A DNA stretch of 63,858 nucleotides, counting the filler, from Octopus bimaculoides (lineage: Eukaryota), in assembly GCF_001194135.2 (NCBI RefSeq). It is 4 parts of 3 records of this genome, joined end to end, with 100 filler letters (N's around TTAATTAATTAA, not from the genome) between each part and the next. Parts side by side here need not be neighbours in the genome. Positions count along the whole stretch, not along the records: positions 26,288 to 57,463 come from NC_068988.1; positions 57,564 to 59,307 come from NC_068989.1; positions 59,408 to 63,858 come from NC_068981.1; 1 more part is not named here. The stretch is one strand, 5' to 3'. Both the position numbers and the translations under genes were made by a program. Positions 51,654 through 63,858 of this stretch are shown one piece after another. The notes under the pieces are model-generated. The model did no database searches and was not told the DNA's origin. It was given only the letters and a program-made list of their open reading frames with translations. Every line of letters begins with the position of its first letter. The stretch's first letter is position 1.

Positions 51654-52572
51654 CTGCAACAGAAATAAGATATATTTTAATTGCAGTGATATTCTAATAA
51701 ATAAATTAATCAATTAAAGAAGGGAATCGATTTCAAACCTGATTATTTTTACAATCAATTCATCAGACTATGCTTAAATAATATTCAATGATACTTTATC
51801 ACGTTCGATTTGGTATTGCCCCGTGTAGACGAAGACGTCATGATACATCAAACATGGAATGTTTGTCTACGTTAACTTGCGCACTTGCAGCTTCTACACC
51901 TGTTGATTAGATTCTCTAACTGATCATTGTCAAAACTACTTTGCGCAAAATGTAAAGAATCAGAATTAAGATGTAGATATATTCTTGCTAAATCCGTCTT
52001 CAAAACATTACGAGAATTTTCAGAGTAGAATATTCTGGAACATGGTTTATTTAACTTGTCCATGTTAGAAAATAGATTTTAACTCAGCACTACACGATCT
52101 CGAAACATTCGGTAATAATACAGTAACTCTTACAAAATTGCAATGATATATTGAACCTGTCTGCTGACACCTACAGCAAGATGGATCATGAAAATGGTAT
52201 TTTAATTGCTTCTAAACTGTATTGACTATTAGCGCATCACTGTCATTCTTAAACAGGGAAACAGTTCGATACATTTAATTCAGATGAGACCTACATGTAC
52301 ATATATCAGCAGGCATTGTAACCCAGTCATCTAGGTATCGTGATTCACCCAACAAATATTTCCTTTCCTAGTATCCCAGGCTTTCTCTACCAGCTGCAAA
52401 AATAGTACAAATATTTCACACAATAAATAAATTAGCCAATTAAAATGCATGAAAATGTCCACAGTAGTACAGGTCAATACTCTGGTTTATATTTTGAAAG
52501 AACTTTTAAATTGTCCTTATTTAGTTGTTGTGGCTCATCAATAATAATAGTAATAATAATGATAATAATAAT

Positions 52573-52797
52573 GGTTTCATATTTGGGCACAAGGCCAGCA
52601 ATTTCGAGGAAGGGTCGCAAGAAGGGTAAGCCGATGACGTCGACCCCAGTATCCAACTGGTACTTCTTTTATGGACCTCGAATGGATGAAAAGCAAAGTG
52701 AACCTTGAAGAAATTTGAACTCAGGACTTAAAGACGGATCAAATGCCGCTAAGCACTTTGCCGGTCGGGCTAACGATACTGCCAGCTCACCACCTTA
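52573..52797 (-). mobile_element. tRNA-derived SINE, full length, with TAA-rich flanks on both sides
   Basis: ggcacaaggccagcaattt...aatttgaactcagg...gctaacgatactgccagctcaccacctt. Confidence 0.85.
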
Positions 52798-52976
52798 AGC
52801 AAAATAATAATAATAAACCGTGTCTAAATATGTGTAAGTATCTCTTAATTGACTGTCGTTATTAAAAAGAATGTTTTGGCAAACCTTGGAGCAGACCGGT
52901 CCAAATGTTTTCCTATATACTACAAGTAATGAAGATACGTTTGTAGGCAAAGAGACTAAGATAGACAGAGGGGATG

Positions 52977-53044
<68 letters not shown>

Positions 53045-53461
53045 CACTGGTGATACATAAATAATTGGTAGATAGGTATAAAATAGATAACTAGAAACAC
53101 ACACACATATATCCAAGAAAAACTATTCCACCTCCACACACATATATATGCACGCATACACATATATGTGTGTGCGTACATACATACGTACATATATTTT
53201 GTATGCATATATGTACAAGCACGATGGTTGTTAGGTAGATAGATAAATTATTAAATAGTTAATAGGGAATAAAAAATTAAGGGAGTTGATGAGATGCGGT
53301 AAACAACTAACAGTTTACTGTGATTTATGAGAACAAAGAACAGCAGCGGAAACGAAAAACAACTGGAAACAATGGGAACAAAGTAGTGTATGGAAATTAC
53401 TTTAAAAATTCTATATTAATAACAATGAATAACATGTGACAAGAACAATTATATTTGGTTA

Positions 53462-53498
<37 letters not shown>

Positions 53499-55282
53499 AC
53501 ACATACACACATACGCACATAGATGCAAAAATATAAATCTCTCAACCTATCTATCAATCAATCTTTCTGTCTATATAAGTATGTATCCACGCATGGATGA
53601 ACAAATATATATTTGCAAGTAGTAAAAGAAGCTTCAATATTATTTGTTCTGTTTTCTTTCACAGAATAAAAATTGTCACATGCCAGCTGTTGTATTCTCG
53701 TAAAAGCAGTAAAAGTAGAACTTGTATAACATTATCATTTTTTTTTCTGTTAGAACAATACTACTAATCTATATACATAAAAGTTGTCACGTATTTATGT
53801 CTGAATGCGAGCATACGTGTTCGCTCAGAAACCCAAGAGCGAAGCGTTCTAAAAAAATCTTGAAGCCAGATTCAGAATTAACTGCAAAAAATAAACGGAA
53901 ACAAACATCCTTGTCGACTATAGAGGCCCACACTATGGCTTCACCCAATTAAAATTCTGTTTTAATTATTCAGGGTTTACGATATAAATTTTATCTCGTA
54001 CTTGATAATATTCTACTAATGTAATGATCTTTATCAGACGTATATCTGTTGCATTGAGGTAGATAAGTTTTGGGAAGATTACAAAACTTTAAAAGATTTT
54101 TTAAGGGATGCATAAACTCATTGGTAGGATCCGAAAATATTCAGGGCGATTTTTAAAAGCTCTAGTTTTAGTAGGAGCCCATAAAGACATACGTCTACAA
54201 CGAGCTGAAGTTTTTTTTTTTTTTTAAGAACGCAATGATTTTATCTATGAGAATTACAAAGTTTTTGTTTAGGTCAGAAAATTTTAAATTTGAATTTTAA
54301 ATTTGTATAAATAAATGTTGAACGCTAGTATTTGATGCCAATTTTGAGTAAAAGGTTCTCAGTTTTTATGAAGCTAGTAATTCAAATTAAATCAATGTAA
54401 TGTGAGATACTTTTTCATTGATTTTCTAGCAAAAATATTTTTTATACTCGTTGCATGATTTGTTTTTCACTGTATCGTTTTGTTAAAGATAAAAAGCAGC
54501 AAAACGTCTGTAACATTATATATAAATAAATTCGGTCTGCGTAAATTTTGGTTTAATTCTAAATCCATAAAAATAACGGGCAATTAATCTATGTTAAATA
54601 ATTAAAAACAAATATATTAAAACCTCGCATGTATATGTCTGTAATCATGCTCTAAAACTTGACTACAGGTTTCTAGAAAGAAACAAGATAAGATGTAGTA
54701 ATTGAAAAATAGATAAAATATGTTAATGAAATGATAATGAGAGTAATAGGACAGGATCAAAATCGTGAGTCTGATAGAGAAAATCACAACCTCATCAGGT
54801 CTATGGAGATAGCTAAACATCCATACAAAAGGCTAAGTCCAAATAACCAAGTCATAAATGTGGTCCACCAAGAGACTTTATTGAATTGCTGCATTTCTTG
54901 AGAGAGACTCAAGTTAGTAAAATTGACAATTAATAGCAAAATTATCAGGAATAATCTAATTCAACATGGCTTAATTTCAGCCTTGATTATTCGTAGAGGA
55001 AAATCTAGTTAATGATTGTACATTTCACTAGGTACTCAGACTAGTATATATCTGGACAAATACAGGCGTTTCAAGACTTGATATATTGAAATTATCTCTG
55101 GCCCCAGAGGATAGAACATAATTACCAAATGGAAATTGAAAACAAGGGGAATAACATCAAGAATCAAGATTTCTCCAAAGTTGACATGTCACTAAAGGAA
55201 AAGGCTTATTGTTTGGTAATAAGAGGTGTTTCAGCCTCTCAATAATTGTCCTTACCGACCCCCAGCTGCAAAGAGACACACA

Positions 55283-55408
<126 letters not shown>

Positions 55409-55759
55409 ATTATTTGCAAGATCTAACTGAATCGAAAAGTAAGGACACTAAGTTAGGGTCAAGAATAACATTACCGTGTGTGTGTGTTTGTGTGTGTGTA
55501 AATGTGTGAGTGTGGGTGTGAAATACAGACAGAGACAATTACGCATTGCGTAACAGGTTTAAAATATATTTCTTTTGGGATAATTGAGTATGTGTAGTCT
55601 GTAATCCCCTGACCGGTACGATAACTATGTTTACTTTTGATAATATACAGTAGTAACATACCGTAATTTGTACTTTCGGTATTGCTGTATTGCGTAATAT
55701 AATTGTGTTATAGCTTATAACCTCACTACGTGCATAGCTTCGCTTTTCTTGCACACATG

Positions 55760-55791
<32 letters not shown>

Positions 55792-56422
55792 NNNNNNNNN
55801 NNNNNNNNNNNNNNNNNNNNNNNNNNNNNNNNNNNNNNNNNNNNNNNNNNNNNNNNNNNNNNNNNNNNNNNNNNNNNNNNNNNNNNNNNNNNNNNNNNNN
55901 NNNNNNNNNNNNNNNNNNNNNNNNNNNNNNNNNNNNNNNNNNNNNNNNNNNNNNNNNNNNNNNNNNNNNNNNNNNNNNNNNNNNNNNNNNNNNNNNNNNN
56001 NNNNNNNNNNNNNNNNNNNNNNNNNNNNNNNNNNNNNNNNNNNNNNNNNNNNNNNNNNNNNNNNNNNNNNNNNNNNNNNNNNNNNNNNNNNNNNNNNNNN
56101 NNNNNNNNNNNNNNNNNNNNNNNNNNNNNNNNNNNNNNNNNNNNNNNNNNNNNNNNNNNNNNNNNNNNNNNNNNNNNNNNNNNNNNNNNNNNNNNNNNNN
56201 NNNNNNNNNNNNNNNNNNNNNNNNNNNNNNNNNNNNNNNNNNNNNNNNNNNNNNNNNNNNNNNNNNNNNNNNNNNNNNNNNNNNNNNNNNNNNNNNNNNN
56301 NNNNNNNNNNNNNNNNNNNNNNNNNNNNNNNNNNNNNNNNNNNNCTTGGGTAATCGTTTTGATGTCGCTTAATCGAATTAATTATTCTTTTATTAGCATT
56401 CTCGGTTTTATAATTTTGAAAT

Positions 56423-56494
56423 ACTGTACTGACGAAGGAAATAAGTTCGGGTAATATAATTTACACCTCTTTAATCCTGAAACGCGTATGCAGT
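56423..56494 (+). ncRNA. Type I hammerhead ribozyme with intact catalytic core
   Basis: actgta CTGACGA AGGA (35-nt loop) TCCT GAAA CGCG TA tgcagt. All conserved core bases present; 6-bp stem I, 4-bp stem II, palindromic ACGCGU stem III, GUA triplet. Confidence 0.82.
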
Positions 56495-57577
56495 TAATCA
56501 AAGCCGGGTGGATTCGTTATTTTTTTCTTTTTTGGCTTTGTAGTTGCGAGTATTTGCTGTCTGGGAGATATATTTTGGTAGAGAAATAGTAGTTTTGACT
56601 GCTATTTCTAATTTTCGGTGTGCGGTGAAGCAATTCTTGCTGAACCCTAATTTTAATTATGTTTATATAACTTTTACCGATAATGGTTTTTTAACACACC
56701 GAACTACTTGACTAAATTACTAATTATTAATTAATTATTAATTTTTACCCTATATCTGTAAGAATGTATGTATATATATATTTATTTATGTGTATGCGTG
56801 TGTACATATATATATGTATTTTTATAATTTACCGGTATGAATATTTTGATAATCCGCTTTTAACTTCTTATGATTGATATGATTCTCAAACAGCAACTTG
56901 ATACGTTATTTTGCACTTATATTCTGTATTTTGTATAAAGTTATGTTATAGAAATTATGTTCTTTATATATTGTGAATGTTTATGTATATCTTCTTGTGT
57001 ATATTGGTATGTATACATGCATATCTATATTTATATGCATATGCACACACACACATACATATATACATATATACCCCTCATAATACTATCAATAATATTA
57101 ATGGTTTTATGGATAAGTTATAAACAAGCATCTATTACAATGGAAATCTATACTATAATATCTATATTTTGTTTGTTCTTAATTTTTTTCCCTGAAGACG
57201 TGTAAGGCAAATTATATGCTTGACTTAAATTTGACAGTCAAATATAGCCTTATACAGAAATGTTGACATAGGAATACATTTCAATAATAATGGATATTAG
57301 CGTCAAAACTCTCTTTTAAATTTAAAACTTTGGATATATAACCAAGGAGAACGATCCTTAAGGAGTCTACTTTAGACTTTTTGCGGTGAAATCTCTTGCT
57401 ATATTGGTAACGATTACATGTTTTTCTATGAACAAATATGTATATATATATATATATATATATNNNNNNNNNNNNNNNNNNNNNNNNNNNNNNNNNNNNN
57501 NNNNNNNTTAATTAATTAANNNNNNNNNNNNNNNNNNNNNNNNNNNNNNNNNNNNNNNNNNNNATATATATATATAT

Positions 57578-57830
57578 AGGGTGAAGTATATTTGCCACTT
57601 AAATGCGGCTGACCCTAAGGGTAGATGTTAGTGTTGCTTTTAGCCCAGAAACTCGAGTCCGTACGTATCGCAGATCAAGATGGGAAGGGTGACTTCCCTT
57701 TGCAAATACAGACAGGACACATATGTGTGTTAATAGGCAGCTGGAGGAGATGTTCTCTTGGGGCTAAAAGCAACAGTAACATCTACCCTTACGGGTCAGC
57801 CGCATTTAAGTGGCAAATATACTTCACCTT
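57578..57830. mobile_element. MITE with TIRs of about 65-70 bp
   Basis: ggtgaagtatatttgccacttaaatgcggctgaccc..ttttagccc is mirrored at 57762-57828; inserted next to (TA)n. Confidence 0.88.
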
Positions 57831-57904
57831 GTCGTGCAGTTACTGTTAATACCTCGTTCAGAGATTTAACATTGCTTTTATGTGTGTGTGTGTGTGTGTG
57901 AATG

Positions 57905-58640
57905 TCAGCTGAGAAGTTTATAGGCTGACCAAGATATACTCATGAAATGTGACCAAATGAGGTTTAGTTTTCAACTTAGTCACATTTGCGGTTCACCTGG
58001 CTCAAAATGATAATCCCAACACTCTACTTAGGTTAGGAAACGTTCAAGGAAAACCAGCTAGACCTGTCTCAAACGATGTCAGATTTTCCCGTGATGTAAT
58101 CTTCCAGTTGTGCTTTTAATAAGGTGTCATTAATGTGTCTTCCACTGAACAGGAACCTTCGTGCCAAGAACATTGTGCACAATATTTTCAACTCGCCCAC
58201 TGGATATTCTAATAGCATTGGTTAATTGATTTATAGTCAATTGCCTTTCATCCTTATCGTGAACATATTATTCTCAGTCGGAGCAGCAACAGGACGTTTA
58301 GACGTTGCGTCATCTCCAAGACTATCCATTTCCCTCCTAAATTCATCTGCCCACCTTTACACATTTAACAAAACTGGAGCAGCATTCCCTAATTTAGCAA
58401 GCCTGTCAGCATGGATGGCCTTGAGAACTAAAGTCTTTTTCTGCAGGTAATTGATGACATCACGTTACTAAATCTTGTTCATTTTCAAAGGAAGTCGCTA
58501 CTAGTTACTTTCGAAGTATTCTTTAAACAGTCAGATGGTAGTCTATCTAGAAAGAATCCATGCAGCTATTAATAAGATTTATTTCATGCAATATTTCATG
58601 GCCCTAACATCACTACGAGATAGTCGGCCCACCCTCATGC
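57905..58640 (-). mobile_element. Second deleted copy of the mariner family at 34363-35382
   Basis: Shared cattttcaaaggaa..gctactagttacttt, cccaacactc and ggaaacgttcaa blocks; larger internal deletion. Confidence 0.8.
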
Positions 58641-58784
58641 ACATTCAGCTGACAACTCAATTTATTTCTCTATATATTTACATATTTATATTAGTAAGAG
58701 TCTTTGCATTTTAAAATTGATTATGAGGCAGTTTTTCTTAAATTGTGGATTAATTTGTTTATACTGTCTCCAATTCTTGTTATA

Positions 58785-58975
58785 AATTTTTGGCATAAGA
58801 CCAGCTATTGACGAGAGCGGGTAGTCAATTATATCAACATCACTTCTAGGCTGCTACATTATTTTCCTGGCCTCGAAAGGATGAGACGCAAAGTTGACCA
58901 CAGTGGTGTATGAATTCAGAATATAAAGAAATGGAAGATTTGTTGCTAAGCATTTTGGCAAGACGCTAATGATTT
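58785..58975 (-). mobile_element. Degenerate tRNA-derived SINE
   Basis: ggcataagaccagc, gaaggatgagacgcaaagttgacc, gctaagcattttggcaagacgctaatg. Confidence 0.6.
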
Positions 58976-59270
58976 TATTTTCATCGTATATCGTGGAGTA
59001 ATTATTTTGACTATTATATTACAAATTCAGTATTAACAGCTGGAAATTGCCGGAGATGTTTGAAATAATTCCACTGCCTTAACAGATTCAAAATATATTG
59101 TTTTCTGAAGGACTATCTCTCTTTCAGAGGTAGCATTACATCGTAAAATAAAACTATTTCCTTTACGCTTACATATACACTCTATACAATCTTCTTTGGA
59201 TTTCAGATCACCTTGATCTTTGATATAATAATGCGCATCTATATACGTTCATACGTACTCATATGTGTGT

Positions 59271-59307
<37 letters not shown>

Positions 59308-61403
59308 NNNNNNNNNNNNNNNNNNNNNNNNNNNNNNNNNNNNNNNNNNNNTTAATTAATTAANNNNNNNNNNNNNNNNNNNNNNNNNNNNNNNNNNNNN
59401 NNNNNNNGTGTGTGTGTGTGTGTGTGTGTGTTATTTTTTGTCCTTGTAATCAGAGACATCTAGGTAGGTTGTAAAACAACTCCGAATGATCTATTCGATT
59501 CGCAAGATGGGAATATATCAGCACAGCCGCTGTTCCTGGATTAATTCAGAAATGTTCGGAAGGTAAAAGCGTGATTAATCCACAAACATTTAATCGGCAA
59601 TATTCTGAGGATCTGGTGAAGACATACAATTTCAAAGACATTCAATATAATCTAATTGCTCTTGAATAACATCCATGTAGATGATCGTTAAATGCGTGGT
59701 GTCCAAAGACAAAAAAGAAGACAAGACAAGAGAACCACGAAACACGAAAGAAGCTTCCACACGGTCGGTCTGTCTACTAGAAAGGATAGCAAAATCAGGA
59801 CCAAATGGTGAATCTCTATTTTGTGTGTTTCGGGTTAGATTCTTGGTTTTTTGCGCAAACATCACATCGATCGAAATGTATAGACCGTTCGGCTTTTGAC
59901 CACTTTATTAATTATTGTACTTTCGACTTCATAGGTTAACAGAACTAAGATGATACAATCTTGTGGGAACGATTAATGACCTTTACTAAATTAATAATGG
60001 TAAAGCTTTAACATTGATGCAAGAACATTCGAAATACTTGAAGCTAACATTTACTTATTTTCTGCCTCTAAGTACAATAATATTTTATTCCTTTATCTAG
60101 ACATGTAGAAAATCTAAATGGACTGGAAGATAGCCACCACTGTAGCTGATCATGTTTGTAATTTCCGTAATGGAGTCAATTACCAGTAAATCTAACAAAT
60201 GCCCTCACCAAATCGAGAAGCATTCAAGAACCACAATAAGAGTCTTTTCGCTGTGAACTCGACTTCAACCAACAGCAAATCAAAATCCTTCACCTTAAGA
60301 ATACTTATATGTCAATATTTAAAAGTAAAAAAATATCTAAGTCACATTACTGCCTGAGGATAGTGCAGGCAGTAAAGGTATGTTAAATATCTTTTACTTT
60401 TAAGTATATACACAAGGCTCTCTAAACGAATTGTTTAAAAGTATTAAAAATACTTGGGTGAATGGAAGTCTAAAAAATAAACAAGGCTTTGACTCCCTGT
60501 GAACAGTTGTTCACAGATGAGTCGTTTGAACAGTGTGGTGGAAAACCAACTTCATGAAACTAATACACAATAAGTATATCGTTACTGACAACTGCGAGTT
60601 GTCAGTAACGATATACCTGTCTGTTTTGCCTTATAAAATAAAGTATCGAATAATAAAGATAAACCAATCCAAACTTCTATTCTACGTTTTTTTTTTGTTT
60701 TTTTTTTGCTGGGGCTATGGACACAGCACAATAGCACTAACGTGGTATGAAACACCAGTCTTTTGAATATTTGAGCACCTATTAACTCGATCAATGCTGA
60801 CTCTCACGCAGTAGTTGACAATAACAATAACAATTTTCTTTTAAACGTAAAACAAATAGATAATCGTTCAAAGTCACAACCACCACTACCACTTGAATAT
60901 ACAACAAAAATAGTACTGGTTGTAAATTAATTGGTTTCTATAGATTGTAATGATAACAAAACACCTAATCTACTTATTTTAAGGTTTTGCCTATAATATT
61001 CTTTTATGTTGTTCCAAATTATCTTCTGTCCACAGAAAAATTTCTGATTATCCGAAGTTAATATACTTTCAAAGACTTGATAGACTGATATTTATATCCC
61101 CTTTCTAAATCATTAAACAAATGAGATACTAATTTGTTCTCTGTTTTGCGTATAAGTAGGTATATATATATATTCTCTCGGCTACCTATTTCAATCTTCT
61201 TTTTGCAACAAAGATCACCAGCTCTCCAACATGATACATCTCTGTTTTAAACAATAATAAACATATGTGTCTGTAAAAACATTTCGCTAGTTTCAAATAC
61301 ATATATACATATATATTCATACTGATGTATACATATACATACAATATATATATATATACATACAATATATATATATATACATACAATATATATNNNNNNN
61401 NNN

Positions 61404-61438
<35 letters not shown>

Positions 61439-62279
61439 GCACACACACACTTAGATGTGTCTGTCTCTCTGTGCGTGTATGTGCATATATATGTCTGTCT
61501 AAGGGTATGTGACCGAGTGCCTTGAGCTCAGCGCTTATAATCGTTAATTCGTATGTTCAATTCTGTGGCAGGGTGACGCGCTATGTCGATGAATATGCCA
61601 CTTTGTGTTGCTTCAGACCACTCTGTTTGAAATTAACACCACCAATAACTAGATATTAACACTACGACGGACTTGTGTTTCGTTCAGGAGAGACTTTTGC
61701 TCTCTCAATCGCTTGTATATCGCATAGACCTAGCTATGTCTCGGCCTAATAGGACCGGCAGTACAAGACAGACTCCAAATTTTTGCTTGTCATTATATGT
61801 GTGCGTGTGATGTATCTATGCATTTAAATCGGTAGATTGATTGGTAGGTAGGTATGTCAGTAGGCAGGTAGGCAGGTAGGTAGGTAGGTATATACATAAT
61901 ATAAAGTACTTAGTGCTATGGTAATATACCTAAGTGAATTAAACAAACTGGAAGGGGAAATCTCACATGTACTGCATAAAGAAAATGTGGAATATTTCCC
62001 AATAGTTACTTTGCGTGACATCAAGATATTTTGGTGACAGTCTTTTCACTATTGAACTAAGAATCAATTATTCGTTTAGCCACCCAATACATAATAGTAG
62101 TTGGATTGTATTGAAATCGATCTTACAGACAATCTTCATGGGTATGTATGTATGTATGTATGTATGTATGTATGTATGTATATATGTATGTATGTATGCA
62201 TGAATGAGTGAATGTATGTATGTATATTTGGTGTATTGAATTCAATATTTTGTTTGTCTCACGTTTATTTTCTTTTGCT

Positions 62280-62580
62280 AATAAATCTTATGCAAAGTGT
62301 GAGTGTTTCCTCTTTGAGAATCCAAAAGATGCGTAATGTTACAACCTTAGACAGCTATACCTGACAATTAAAAAAGAAAGCCTGTACAAAATAATCTGGA
62401 AATTGCTAAAACGTTCATATGTAAACGGAAGTAGGCGTTGCAAGCTTTACTTAGCAGAAAGAAGAATCATTCTAAAAATTTCACAGGACCCAGGTGCTCA
62501 CCTCAACTCAAAAAAGCGAAATATTCCGATGTTTCCCTTGTGAGCGAAAATTCGTTTGACAATTAGTTTGTCCCCACTTT
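62280..62580 (+). mobile_element. Penelope-like GIY-YIG C-terminal remnant
   Basis: IIWKLLKRSYVNGSRRCKL.LAERRIIL..HLNSKK resembles the PLE 'YSNGSKRCNLCLTEK..LNSR' region. Confidence 0.55.
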
Positions 62581-62858
62581 TCTGAACCAGTTACATGCCA
62601 TGGCCAGTAGTGTAATACTTGACAGAAAAATATATAACTGCTCTATTTCTCATATTGAGTTTTTTCTGGCTTAAGGATAACTGACACATACACAGACACA
62701 CGCACAAACACACACACACTCACGCACACTCATACACACACACACATACACACACACACTCATATATATANNNNNNNNNNNNNNNNNNNNNNNNNNNNNN
62801 NNNNNNNNNNNNNNNNNNNNNNNNNNNNNNNNNNNNNNNNNNNNATATATATATATAT

Positions 62859-63858
62859 GGTTGGATGAACTGATAGGTTGGATGAACTGATAGGTTGGAT
62901 GAACTGATAGGATGGGCAAGAATGAAATTCAAAGCCAAAAAATCTCGAAGCGTGGCTTTCGTGAAAGGAGTGCAAGAAGAAGTGAAATTCAGGATAGGAG
63001 GTGAAGACATACCAACGGTGAAAGAACAACCAGTAAAGAGTCTCGGCAGATGGTATAGAGACTTATTAAATGATAAGAAACAAGGCAAAGAGACATACGA
63101 GTTAGTAGAACAAGGATTAAAGGCAATTGACAGAACAACATTGCCGGGAAAATTCAAATGTTGGATACTGCAGTTTGGACTGTACCCAAGGATAATGTGG
63201 CCATTGCAAATGTACGAAATAGCCTTGACTAGAGTAGAAAGGATTAGAACAAAGATGCAGTGTGTTTATCAGAAAATGGCTCGGTCTGCCAAAACCACTG
63301 AATACAACTGCACTATATGGAAAACCCGTGCTGCAACTACCAATACCATCGATCACCGAAGAATATAAAGCAGGAAAGGCGAGGACAGTAATGATGCTAA
63401 GGTATTCAAAAGATCAGAGCATCCGAGAAAACCTTCCAAAGGTGCGAACAGGGAGGAAATGGAATGCGGAAGAGGCAGTAAACAGGGCGATCAGAATACT
63501 GAGACGTGCCGATATAGTTGGAGCAACGCAAGAAGCAAGAGCCAGCCTAGGGACGCGCAATTTCAAGCCATTTTGGAAGAGCAGTATAAAAGAGATGAAA
63601 GAGGCAGTGGTACACGAAGTGAGAAAGGAGGAAGAAGAAAGGCGGAATGTTCATTTGGTGCAATGTAGTCAACAGGGGCAGTGCCTGAGATGGGAGGAAT
63701 ACGTGGTCAGTCGCAGAATCTCATGGAAAGAACTTTGGGCTTGGGAACAAGCAAGAACAGCCTTCCTGATCAAGTCTACCTTCGACGTTCTACCCTCACC
63801 GGCGAACTTAGTCCGATGGAACATAAAAACAACCGATGAATGTGGATGTGGAGAGAAA
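62859..63858 (+). mobile_element. HERO-like RLE LINE (second family), 5'-truncated, running off the window end
   Basis: WARMKFKAKKSRS, IPTVKEQPVKSLGRWY, LPGKFKCWILQFGLYPRIMWPL, QQGQCLRWE, FDVLPSPANL. Confidence 0.9.

Overview
AT-rich eukaryotic genomic DNA packed with microsatellites and transposon remnants, with many N gaps. The SINE and LINE content looks cephalopod (octopus-like); this is pattern recognition, not a database result. The only host coding sequence I can support is one 42-nt minus-strand exon (51612-51653, GLIVSVLFCYMNGE) matching TM7 of a secretin-family (class B1) GPCR, so most of the window is probably intron. The rest is decayed mobile DNA: restriction-like-endonuclease (RLE) LINEs (R4/Dong-like, HERO-like and a CATA-flanked family), an RTE LINE, Penelope-like (PLE) fragments, tRNA-derived SINEs, Tc1/mariner and hAT remnants, MITE/fold-back elements and a gag/ORF1-only element. 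Main highlights: (1) five minimal type I hammerhead-ribozyme-like motifs with palindromic stem III, one with an intact core (56423-56494); (2) one of these sits downstream of a tRNA-like head, forming a SINE/retrozyme-like composite (13830-14203); (3) LINE families partition by microsatellite (TAA versus CATA); (4) a misplaced contig (8943-9662) exactly fills the 679-N gap and reconstructs the ORF1-only element. TE boundaries are approximate unless exact motifs are quoted.
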